Positions 10,906 through 22,546 of a stretch of 64,000 nt of DNA are shown piece after piece. Position numbers and translations under genes: made by a program. Source of the DNA: the human T2T-CHM13v2.0 reference genome, Homo sapiens. Location of the stretch: the NCBI RefSeq assembly GCF_009914755.1, contig NC_060930.1, one strand, 5' to 3'. Position 1 is the first letter of the stretch. Every line of letters begins with the position of its first letter. The notes beneath the pieces were generated by a model, which was given only the letters and a program-made list of their open reading frames with translations, searched no databases and was not told the origin of the DNA.

Positions 10906-12939
10906 TCACTTTCCATCTTTCTTACCACACAGGGAACCCTGCAAATGAGGCCTTATGCAAGGTGACAACCACTGTGACACACCTGTTCTGAGTGTTTGTC
11001 AGCAATGAGAAGGAATGACTCTGGACAGACTTGAGAGGCTTTTGTTCTCATGGGACTCCACAAAGATTGGTCTCCATAGTTCTCATTTTTAAAAAATGAA
11101 TTAGTTTAAAGTTCACTGACTTGTCTTCATGGTAATATGTTAATGGGGATTTACTTGGAATTCATTCTAGATTCCCCACCTCCCCCATTCCTTCGAATAC
11201 TTTATTATTGAAAGACATTTGTGCCTTGGGTGTCTGAGTAAACCCTTATCAAAGGGGCTAAGCTTTATTCCTGACCACACTGCAGAGCAGAAATAATCTC
11301 CATGTATTAATCACCTCAAGATCTTTAGGTGTAAAGTTTCATTTGAAGGATTTTGCAGGGATATTATATGCATGGTGAATGTTCCACTGGTAATTCTGGC
11401 CTAATTTTAGGGTTTTACAGTTGCTTTTGGTTATGCATGTTACTAAATTTACAAAATCTTTCATCTATTGCAAAATCCCAGGATGATTCTCACACAGAGG
11501 AAACTTTCTGACAAGTAAACATTTGAATGTGAGCCACTGGTAAGGCAATACTTCAAAAGAAAATCATTTGTCGTAGCTGACTTTTTTTTTTTTTTTTGGT
11601 CAAGATCAAACTGAGAAAATCTCCTTGAAGCTTGTAGGCTGGTCTGTGTCATGCAGCCTGGGTGTTGGAGGGCCTCCACCACCCCCCGCATCTGTGTTTA
11701 CTGTCATTTCACCACCACTGGGTCAAATTGTAAGGAAAAATAAAACTTACATTAAGTAATGTTGTAAATACAAATAAAATCCATATAAAAATATGGACAG
11801 TGGGGATAAAAAGGTAAATATAAAGCAATGTAGGCAACTTCCCATTCATTGCAGCAAATAAGACCCATAACAGCATTTAGAAAATTTGCTAGATAGGAAA
11901 AGCAATTGCAAATTTCATGGGAATATTCAGGAGGAATAGTGGGAAGGCCAAACAAAAGCACTGTAGAAAAGAGGAGAGAGAGACACACACAGGAGACACC
12001 AAGATGAGTAGAATCTATGCTTGGCATTCAAGGAGCCCAGGGCCATCACTCAGCGGCTGCTAGACACACGCAGAGACAGGCCAAGGACACTAATCTCTGA
12101 GATTTGGTTGACTATGTTTAGACCTGGTCTCAGTTGTTATTTTAGTGGTTTATATGTCTTAAAATAGCAGTCTTTTAACTTTCCTCTTTAAATGTCAAGC
12201 TTGACTACTGCAGCTTCATTTCAAGGATCCCTTGTTGGGTGAATCAAAAATGTTTTAAAAAAGTCTTTCCCTTTTGAGCTGATTTTGTGAATATTCTCAC
12301 ATACTCTTGGGATTTTGGTTTCACCCCAGTTTTCTAATGACAGACATGTTGTAGGATTCTGCCCACACCCCCAGTGTGGGCTGACCTCTACAACCTGAAC
12401 AATGACTCATCTAGGCTTTTCAAATATTAAACTAGCTTGTAAATCCTCTCTATGCCTAATGCCTCCACCAGCTCCTTGTCTGTGCCTTCACAAGTCATTA
12501 AAACTGTAAAGACATGAATTCTTGTTTTCTATGACCTGAAAGGATTCTACAGCACTAGCTATAGTTTCTAGCTATAACTTTCCACGCTGGCAAAGAGGTA
12601 GACAGTAACCATTTTATGAAAGGGGAACTAATGCTTTACAAAATGGTAACTGTTTACTTCTTTGTCAGTTAACAGTATTATTAGGATATGTATTCAGGTA
12701 AAAATCTGCACTCCAAGCCCAGCCAGTCCATATTTGGCCCATCAATATTGCTGGAGCAAGCTTTTAACATGGCAACATATCCCACTGAAACACATGCATG
12801 GACTCTATTTAGGGAAGTTTTGTGAACTTCACCTGGACTCTCCCAGTTGCTAATAATATTGTCAGCTCATGGTGAATCACCCAGTACTCTCTCTCCCCTT
12901 GCTTGGCCCTCCCTTGGTCCTCCCCTCCCTGCCTTTACA

Positions 12940-13220
12940 CACTGGCTGCTTATTTGTGTGCTGGGCAGACAAAGTCAAAAAGGACAGACACAGTCCCTGC
13001 CTTTAAAAAGCGATGGGAAGAGAAAGGGAGCATTGCCACACTGAGGAAAGGAAGCATTGCCACACCCACCATGGGGCCCACGCTGGGTGGGGAAAAGTTC
13101 AGGAGAGCTTCCTGGAAGAGGTGACATTGGAGTAGCATTTAGAAGGATGCACTAATCCCATGAATAAAGCCAAGAAAGGGCATTTCTGGACAAGAGAATG
13201 GCATGGAAGTGCAAAGCACT
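12940..13220 (-). mobile_element. L2 fragment
   Basis: gacagacacagtccctgcc; ggagagcttcctggaagaggtgacattgg. Confidence 0.55.
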
Positions 13221-13768
13221 AAGAGGAAGGAAAGGACAAAAGATTACAAACTGCAAAGAGCTGCATGAGCTATTTTGCCTATGGCAGCTCCACTGGGTGG
13301 GCATTCACCTACCGTTGCTTGGGATATGGGGTTTGGTTTTTGCGTGGTGATGCGTGCCAGAGATGAAAGGGGTTTCCAGGGTCTTTGCTCTTAGTCTCGG
13401 GTGAACTGCCTTGTATCAGTACTGTCCTCTCTTCATAAGCATTCCTTGGGCTGAAACAACCTTGGCTTCTGGTCTCAGGAGCCTTTTCTCCTGGTGCAAA
13501 AGCCCCAGGCTACCTGGTTACAGCATCAGGATTAGATTGGCTGGTTTTACTGCAGCAGTGCTTAAGTAAATCCGAATGTAGGAAAATCACTGTTTTAAAG
13601 CAATGTAGTTTGATCAGTTAGAACGACACTGATCTTTTCCTTGTATGAACTTAGAATCTGATCTGTAAGATTCTATTCATTTTATGCATCTTTTTCAGGG
13701 TCAGTATTCACTCCTTCAACAGCTCATGAGCATTATAAAGAAAAATAACCTTCTTTTAGATGCTTTAA

Positions 13769-13951
13769 CACAGTTTCCCAAACTTGCAACATAAGAATCA
13801 CTTGGGATGCTTGTTACTTAGACAGATGACTGGGGCTTTCCCCTGGGAATTCTGATTTAATAGGTCTGGGGGTGGGCTCTGGGAACTTTTATTTATTTTT
13901 TAATAAGTATGCTAGGCAGTTCTTATTGTCAGGCTAGTTTGGAAAACACAG
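13769..13951. mobile_element. hAT-Charlie MITE (MER117-like)
   Basis: Quasi-palindromic ends cagtttcccaaacttg ... ctagtttggaaaacac; ttctgatttaataggtctggg core; NF-kB-like GGGGCTTTCC at 13832-13841. Confidence 0.7.
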
Positions 13952-14034
13952 TGCACTTAGCCCGTGTTTTACTGGATATTAGGCAATAAACAAATACGTC
14001 TACTTACACCAGGCAAAGTATGCATGATGACATT

Positions 14035-14150
14035 GATGATGTACATTTCGCAGGTCAGGAAACTAAAGCTCAAAGGTAAGTGACTCACATAAGAGCACAC
14101 TACTGGTAACAGAATGACCTGTCATCAAATCCAGAGCCTCTGGGTTCTGT
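14035..14150 (-). mobile_element. MIR fragment
   Basis: caggaaactaaagctcaaaggtaagtgact. Confidence 0.6.
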
Positions 14151-14766
14151 TACATTACAGTCCAAATGATGGACGTTAAAATTGTAAGATCTGATTGAGG
14201 TTTATGTCAGGACTTGTAAAATTAACTTTTTTAAATTGGGCTTTATTTTAGGTTGTACTAGTTCAGTTATACATGGCTTTTAATGTAGTGATTTTATGGG
14301 GGAAAAGTTGTTTAGAGCAAGCCAAGCTAAATTTAGTTTGTTGCCATTTGAATTTATTAATTCAGAGATAGCTAACTCAGTTAAAATAGTTTTCTTTTCA
14401 AAGAAGGCTATATATTGTTTAAAACGTTAAGAGACCTAAGGTATGTAAATGTGTTTGTTTCTTTTCAAAATAAAGCAAACCAAAAGTAAATAAGTAAAAC
14501 AAATCAGCTCACAAAAGTATATACTAGAGAATTATTTATGTCATTCAAATTAGTTTCTGTCCATAGTTATATTCTACAAACCCATTCTTTCTGATATTTG
14601 CTAATTAATACCAAATATTTAATTTACCTTAATTCATGATTCCTTCAGAACCAAATTGAAATTTGCCTTGGAGTTATTTATCAGAAAACAATTTGCTTAG
14701 CATATTGGTAGCATAAAGAGCTTCAAAAAAGATGTATAGATATATATATATATTTTCAATTTCTTC

Positions 14767-15345
14767 TGTAGAAACAGTTGCATGGCAAGTCAAAACACTG
14801 AGACAATGGGGACTGCAGCAGAGAAAGAGTTTAATAATCTTAGGACAGCTGAACAAAGAGATGGGAGGAAACCTCAAATCCACTTCTCCAAGGAATTCGG
14901 GGCTAGGGATTTTAAGGAGTTTGGAATGGACCAAGGTGTGGGGATTGTTGACTGGTCAAAGAGAGCAGGGTGAAGTCATGGGATGTGGGGATTGTTGACT
15001 GGTCAAAGAGAGCAGGGTGAAGTTATGGGATGAGGGGATGAAGAAACTGCCTTCTCATGCTGATTTGGTTCCTCATGGGGATTTTCACTCTGGTTGGCAT
15101 CAGCAATTCCCAGTGGAATTCAGGGTCTGAAGAACATCTTAAGTAAATCTGAAGCAAAAGCCTTATGATTCCAATGTCAGACACGATTCCTATATAGGAA
15201 CAATGAGGATGTAAATGGTCAGCATTGAGTGACCTTTAGCTACAACAAAGTGGACCAAAGTGCAGCCCGATGATGATTAATTATAATTATATTTCTGTCC
15301 AGAACCCAGTACGTAATTCTTGTTAACCCTGTGAGAACAATTTCA
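14767..15345 (-). mobile_element. ERV1 MER4-group LTR (MER31-like) with an internal 47-bp tandem duplication
   Basis: gcagcagagaaagagtttaat..gagatgggaggaaacctcaaatc..ggggctagggattttaagg; ends ...tttca. Confidence 0.6.
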
Positions 15346-16229
15346 CAAATAGTTGATTACAAATTGCTCTTTAGTGAAGACCCTGCAGAGCCTCTGCTTA
15401 GCAGCTGATGCTACGTACTTAAATATATTAAAATGACTTTTACAGTAAATAAAGGAATTATTTAACATATTACATGACACTTTATGATGTATTCACTGTG
15501 ACTTATTATATGTATTTCTCTCTGATTAATTCAATGTAGAATAGTTTCACTAAGCTCTTCAGTAGAAGAGATCGCTTCCTAAACATGCAGCATGTTTCAG
15601 TCATGTGTGAAGCAGCTTTGGCTTTTTTAGATTAATTAGGGAAAGATGTGATTACAATAGTCATAGTTGTAGCTGCATTTATGCATGTACATAAATGCAT
15701 TTACTCAGTTATTAACCCAATAAGCAGTTATTTAGTAGATTCTTTGCTAGGCCCTTGGGAGACAGAGAGAAGCAAGTTGCTGACCTTACATTCCAGGAGC
15801 TCAAAGTCTTCTAGCAGAGCCAGACAGGAACCCCACCATCACTCCACAGTGGGAAACCTCTGTGATGCGTATGCCCAGGATGCTCTCAGATCAGAGAGAA
15901 AAGTCGCTCACTCAGCTCAGAAGAGTTCAAGAAGGCTTTCAGGGGAAATTATGTTTTGACAAGTAAATCAAATGTTTACTAAAAATAGAAACTTCAAAAA
16001 TTATTATTCATGATGTTTTCATAATTCTCTAGTTTGAAGACACAATACTGGATTGGTGGCACAATATTCATTTAGATGTGAGGCACTGGTCTGGTTGAAA
16101 AGTCAGTTGAATTTTATTATATTTTGTATTTTTTGTCCCTCTTAGAATTATTTAAATTTTTAAGTAGTTTTTTTATAGCTGTTTTTAACTTTACAGCAAA
16201 ATTTAGTGAAAGTATGGAGAGTTCCCATA

Positions 16230-17115
16230 AAAAAAACAGGGAAATATCTGAACAGCAGCTTCACCAAAGAAGATACACAAATGACAAGTAAGTATAGGAA
16301 AAGATGATCTACTTCATATGCCATTAGGGAATTTTAATTTAAAACAACAAGAGATACACCTACACAGCTATTATAAGGTCCAAAACACTGACAATATCAA
16401 ATGTTGGCAAGGATGTGGAGCAACGGGAACTCTCATTTATGGCCCATGGGAATGCAAAATGGTACAACCACTTTGCAAAATAGTTTAGTGGTTTCTAACA
16501 AAACTGAAAGTACCCTGACTATATGATCCAGCAATCATGCTCCTTGTCATTTACCCAAATGAGTTGAAAACTTGTGTCCATGCAAAAACCCACATGTGGA
16601 TGTTTATAGCTGCCCTTTATGCATAATTTTCCAAATTTGGAAGCAGTCAATATGTCCTCCAGCAGGTGAACAGATTAATAAACTGTGGCACCACCAGACA
16701 ATGGAATATTATTCAGCACTAAAATCAAAATTAACTATCATGTCATGAAAAGATATGGAGGAATCAGCACATTGCTAAGTGAAATAACCCAATCTGAAAA
16801 GGCTCCAAACTGTATGATTTCAACTATGTGACATTCTGGAAAAGGCAAAACTGTGGGGAGAGTAAAAAGATTGGTAGTTTGCTCAGGACTGGGGAGGGAG
16901 GAGAAAGGAGGGCTGAACAGGATTACGGGAGATTTTCAGGGCAGTGAAACTGATCTGTATGATAGTATTAATATAATTGTGGATACATTCATTATATATT
17001 TGTCTAAACCCATAGAATGCACAACACCAAGAGTGACATCTAATGTACTTTGGGTAACAATGACGTGTCAATGTTGGCTTATGGATTGCGACAAATGCAC
17101 CACTCTGGAAGATGT
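16230..17115 (+). mobile_element. L1MC-type 3' fragment
   Basis: caccaaagaagatacacaaatg..cattagggaa..caaaacactgacaa..ggatgtggagcaac..gacattctggaaaaggcaaaact..aacccatagaatg. Confidence 0.85.
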
Positions 17116-17845
17116 TTTATTGACATGCCATGTTGCCCAGGCAGGTAGGTCGAGTCTACGGGAGAAGGTAAGTGGCCGCCGTGGGAAGATTCTAGTCTGC
17201 TCAACTCATGGGCCAACTCCCCAACCCATATGACATGTTTTACTGGCATTTCTTTCGAAATTTATTACAGTTACTGCATAACTCAAATTTTTATTTTTCC
17301 TTTTTGTAAGCCATTGTTGGTTCTTACGGTGGCATATTGGTTTCATATACTTTAGAAGTCCCAGGGTTATTTAAGAATCACTGTCCTTGATTGTAGGTAT
17401 TGGTAAAAGCACAATTATGTATTCTAATTAGTTACTCTTGATAGTTACTCCTACTAATGAGAGCTTCTCATTTATCTCAGAATTTCCAAAGTCAAAGTCC
17501 TGATTTTTAGTGTCTACCCTCCCAGTGTTTACATGTTTTAACTATAGGATAACTTGGTGATTTTGGACTATTTTCTGTGGCAATTTATTTCAGCTCTGTA
17601 AGAAATGAATTTTTGATCATTGATAAGAACTAAAATCTAGTCAAACAGTTCTGCTAGTAATCAGTTCGACTTAAAAACAAACTGACAAAAGAACAGGCAA
17701 ATTCTGGTCTAATCTCTCTGAGCACCATACCGTGGTATGTGCTCTCTTCTTCTTTTAACTTAAAAGATACAGCCCCGAGCAGTTGGGAATGCGATCTAGT
17801 TTTGTTGCTTTGCAGGACACCTAGGTACAGTGTCCCGTGTGGTGT

Positions 17846-18482
17846 TGTCAGAGGTGTTTGAAGCAGAGGAACTCCATCTTGAGTAGCAGCTGTGTAAAAT
17901 GAGGCCGAGAGGCACTGGGCTGCCTTCTTAGGAGGTCGGGCATTCTTAGTCACAGGATGAGATAGGAGGTCGGCACAAGATACAGGTCACAAAGACCTTG
18001 CTGATACAGCAAGTTGCAGTACAGAAGCCGGCCAAAACCCACCAAAACCAAGGTGGGACCACAGTAACCTCTGGTTGTCCTCATTGCTCATTATATGTTA
18101 ATTATAATGCGTTAGCACGCTGTTAGTAAAAGACACTCCCAGCAGCACCATGACAGTTTGCAAATGCCATGGCAACGTCAGGAAGTTACCCTATATGGTC
18201 TAAAAAAAAAAGGAGGAACTCTCAGTTCTGGGAATTGCCCACCCCTTTCCTGGAAAACTCATGAATAATCCACACCTTGTTTAGTGTATAATGTAGAAGT
18301 AACGATCAGTATAAGCAGCTGAGCAGACCATCCCACTCCTCTGCCTATGGAGTAGCCATCCTTTATTGCTTTATTCTCTTAATAAACTTGCTTTCACTTT
18401 ATGGATTCGCCTCAAATTCTTTCTTGCGTGAGATCTAAGAATCCTCTCTTGGGGTCTGAATTGGGATCCCTTTCCTGTCTCA
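17846..18482 (+). mobile_element. MER41B solo LTR (ERV1)
   Basis: TGTCAGAGGTGTTTGAA start, CA end, 637 bp, 4-bp TSD GTGT on both sides; tandem GAS motifs at 18226-18234 and 18247-18255. Confidence 0.9.
18226..18255. promoter_or_regulatory. Tandem STAT GAS elements TTCTGGGAA and TTCCTGGAA inside MER41B
   Basis: Both match TTCN3GAA; IRF-like TTTCACTTT further 3' (~18392-18400). Confidence 0.6.
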
Positions 18483-19169
18483 GTGTGATATTTTGCTGGC
18501 GATGAACCTTTACCGGTGGAGGTAAAGTGAAGGGTCCCCCCTCCTGGGTGTCCTGCTTACAGCTTCACATGCAAGTCTGGGGTTTTACATTTGGGAACAT
18601 ATGTTGAGTCATAGAATAAGCCCCTCCACTAAATTTTTCTCGCTGCCACTGACCTCTAAGCCACGCAGGAAATCCCTTTGTAAGCAAATTCCCATCCTCA
18701 GCCCTTTGGCTGTTTAGTCTGTGCAGGGCTAGGCCTGGCTTACTTGCTCCTTTGATTGGCAAGCCCCATACTAGAAACAACAAATGGACAGAGTCGCTCT
18801 CACCAGAAGCTCCTCGCTCTCACCAGAAGCTCCCCGCCCTCCGGCCTCCCGATCTGAAGACTCTTTCAGCTTTATTTGGACTGGAACTTGATGAGAGGTT
18901 CACTAGGCAGGAAACATGCCCCTCCTCCCAAAAATGCCACTGACAGGGACAGAGTTTCTCACAGACTTGGCGGCGAGCTGCAGGGACCTGAGCTACTCCA
19001 TGGCTTGGGAATTTTAACTCTTGTCAAAGAAGGAAATAGCCTAAAACCATTTGTTTTCACTGAAGATGCAGCTAATTGTTTGATTAAAAACTATGGTTCT
19101 AATGGGATGTGAAATCAGTGAGTCAGATGAGCAGTAACTACATGATTCCAGCATATAAACTCCAGAATA

Positions 19170-19400
19170 AGCAAATCCATAGGGTTAGGGAGCATGTGAG
19201 TGGTTGCTGAAAGACTAGGGGGAGGTGAAATGGGAGTAAGTGTTCCTGGGCATGGGGTTGGTTTGGGGGGTGATAAAAATGTTCTGAAATTAGATTGTGG
19301 TGATGGTTGCACAGCTTCGTGAATATACTAAACACCTCTGAAATCGTACATTTTATAAAGGTGAATTTTATGATATGTGTTTATATCTCAATTTTATAGA
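19170..19400 (+). mobile_element. L1MB/ME 3' end fragment
   Basis: ggtgataaaaatgttctgaaattagattgtggtgatggttgcaca..gtgaatatactaaa..ggtgaattttatg..tatatctcaat. Confidence 0.8.
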
Positions 19401-19574
19401 AACCTGTATGAAGGGAATGAAAAATTGTTTTAACAGTGCCCACAAGCCACAGACTGGGAGAAAATATCTGCAAAAGACATATGTGCTAAAGAGCTGGTAT
19501 CCAAAATACACAAATAACTCCTAAAACTCAACAAAAAGAAGCAAAACAACCCAAAGAGATGTGAAAAAACACAT

Positions 19575-19733
19575 CATATGTATATATATGTATATATATA
19601 CACACACACCCCCTATATATTTATAAGTATATATATAGATGGCTTATATATACATATATATAGATACCTATATATAGATAGATACCTATATATATATAGA
19701 TAGATACCTATATATATATAGATAGATACATAC

Positions 19734-19766
<33 letters not shown>

Positions 19767-19767
19767 C
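19575..19767. repeat. (TA)n/(TAGA)n/(CA)n compound microsatellite
   Basis: Directly visible. Confidence 0.9.
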
Positions 19768-19900
19768 AGATGGCAAGTATGCATATGAAAAGATGGTCAA
19801 CATCATATGTCATTAGGGAATTGCAAATTAAAACAACAATGAGATAGCATGAACTCTCATTGCTGGCGGGAATTTACAGTAAGTAAATGGTCTTACCCCA

Positions 19901-20318
19901 TGTGTTAGATTAGTCCACTTGAGCTGCCATAAAAATGTACCACAGGTTAAGTGGCTTAAACAACAGAAACTTAGGTTCTTACAAGTTCTGGAGGCTGGAA
20001 GTCCAAGATGGTGGTGTCAGCAGGGCTGGTTCCCGGTGAGGCCTCCGTCCTCAGCTTGCAGATGGTGCCTTCTTGCTGTGTCCTCATGTGGCCTTTCCTC
20101 TGCGTGTGCCTGGGTGGGTGGGGGTCTGGGGGTGGGGGATAGCAGGTGTTTCTTCTTATTTGTATAGACACCAATCCCATGGGCTTAGGGCCTCACTCTA
20201 ATGACCTCATTTAACCTTACCTCCTTAAAGGCCCTATCTCCAAATACAGTCACATTAGGGGTTATGACTTCAACAGATGAATTGGGCAGGGAGCAGGGAC
20301 CCAATTCAGTTCATAACA
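19901..20318 (-). mobile_element. MLT1A-type MaLR LTR
   Basis: gtggcttaaacaacagaaa..ttctggaggctggaagtccaagat..ggccctatctccaaatacagtcaca..attcagttcataaca. Confidence 0.85.
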
Positions 20319-22022
20319 TATGATTCAGCATCACACTCCTTGGGATTTCAAATGAGTTGAAAACCTACATCCACACAAAAACCTGCACATAGAGCAGGTT
20401 TATTCATAATTGCCACCCAACGTATCCTTCAATAGGTGAATGGAGTGGTAAGGATGTAATTTTATGAACATGGTGGTTTAAATATTTCTGTTCTTAGACA
20501 AATGTCTAATTAAATGACATGATATATGACATTAGCTCTCTTCACTTAGCATTTTGCCAATTAAGAAAAAAGACAAGAAGATTTAAATTTCTAATGCCAA
20601 GTGTATACCTATTAAATATAATATGAGACAATGAGAAACTCACGTGATTTTTTAAGGCGAAGCACCAACTTCTAGCTCTGGCTTCACTCCCTCAAGCTTC
20701 AGGTGTGTGCACCCTCTTGTCTGCACTGAGAGGTATTTCCAGGGAAAATGGCAAAGTCTCATCTGACAGCCCTGTGCCTGGCTCAGGCCTGCAGTTCCTT
20801 TGGGAAAGTACCTGTGGTTGTGTGTTAGCAGCAAAGGATATCTTGATAAATCTTTATTTCTCAAACTCTCTATTTTAACCTACCTCTACCCTTATTCTGG
20901 CCTAGTCTCCAAATTTTACTTTATTTGTCTTGTATTTCTAGAGGGATGAGGCCACAAAATGAAAATACTGAAAATCTCATGAGCTCTGAGTACCTCCTAG
21001 AGGCTGAATAACCATCACCCTATGTTTGGATGCGTTATTATTTTCTTCTTGGCTAAAGATGCTACTGTAATGAATAAAATACACACAACTTTAATACTGC
21101 TGTCATTTGCTTAATCATCAGTTAGTAAAAGGACACCATCATGTTGAGCCCACACATTTCTTGAGGTAAAAAGGTTTAGAAAGTTCTAGAATGAGGTATT
21201 TCATATCTAACACAGCATTACATACATCCAGAACACTTTAGGTGATGTAAATTAGTTATGTCCACTTCAGTAACAAGTTATAGAAAATCCTGGCCAGAAA
21301 TGGATTCAGTGAGAGAGAGAGAGAGGAAAATAAGCATTTATAGGCAGAAGGAGCTGAGATAGACAGTCCTGACTTTAAATGAGGTGTAATCCAGCACCTC
21401 AGAAGCTGTCATTTTGGCTGCTCTGTCTCCCCAATTGACTTCCCTCTTAGGTCCACTCATGGCTGCCCAGCAGCCAGGAGTCCCAAAGTCTTGCCCCAAA
21501 GTTCTGGAGGAAATGAGAGGAATCTTCACAGAAGCTCCTGCACAAGTCCTCTCTCTCACCAGCCTAAATTTAGCCTCTGCAAATAAGTCAAGGGTATGTC
21601 CCATTGCAGCCCGGGGCTGGTTAGAGCTTATTAGGACCCACCAATGACAAATGGCTGAGATTGGAAAGGAGTGCTGTTGGTCAGAGTAAGAGGGAGGATG
21701 CAGGGAAACACCCCCAGACATCCGCCCCATGTGGTCCTATCATGCTGGCTCATTCAGCATTTTGCAGATGACACTGTGGTTTCACATGTGATTTTACAAA
21801 GCAATCAATGGACAAATATTTATCAGCATTCTTTTTGCATGGTGTATCCATCTCATTTTGGGTTAAACAGTTGTGTCTGCTCAGAAAGTCCAAATAATCT
21901 GGTTGGATAGATAAGACATAAAATAATGAGTGAAAGAACAATTTTATTAAGAGTAACATTAAGTAATGATAAGATATCGTCATAAGTTGCCTGAAACAAT
22001 TAGGAGGCTGACATTAATTCAT

Positions 22023-22546
22023 TGTATTAGCTATCTATTGCCACATAACAGATTATTGCTGTCTTAAATTTAGCAGTTTTAAACAACAAACGTTTGTTAT
22101 CTCCCAGTTTCATGGGTCAGGAAGTTGGGAGCATCTCAGTGGGTGGTTCTGGCTCAAGTCTCTCATGCAGTTGCTGTCAAGCCATTGGCCAAGGCTGCAG
22201 TGACATCTGAAGACCCAACTGGGCTTCTGAGTTCAGTCACGTGCTTGCTGGCAGGACCTTGGATTCTTGCTAGCTGCTGGCTGGAGATTTCAGTTCCTCA
22301 CCATGTGGGTCTCTCCCAGCAGATCAGCAGGCTTACCTCCAAACAAGTGGGGAGGGAAAGAGAGAAAGAGAATCCAATACAGAAGTCACAGTCTTTTTTA
22401 ATTACATAATCTTAGAAATGACATAGCATCTCTTCTGCTGTGTGTTATTGGTCACCACCTTTAGCACAACGTGGAAGGAAACTACACCCGGCGAGAATAT
22501 CAGGGGCCAAGGATCGTTGGGATTCATCTCAGAGGCTGCCAACTAT
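22023..22546 (-). mobile_element. MLT1F-like MaLR LTR
   Basis: tgtattagctatctattgc..aaacaacaaacgtttgttatctc..ggtggttctggctc..cttagaaatgacat. Confidence 0.75.

Larger units (their letters stand above)
19440..20445 (+). mobile_element. L1MC-type fragment interrupted by a (TA)n-rich repeat and MLT1A
   Basis: caagccacagactgggagaaaata..; cagatggcaagtatgcatatgaaaagatg..cattagggaattgcaaattaaaac; resumes after 20318. Confidence 0.7.

Noticed and set aside
9391-10965. 524-aa ORF (poly-LPSF)
   Set aside because: Starts at TTG inside the LTR; length results from a stop-free tetranucleotide repeat; no coding complexity
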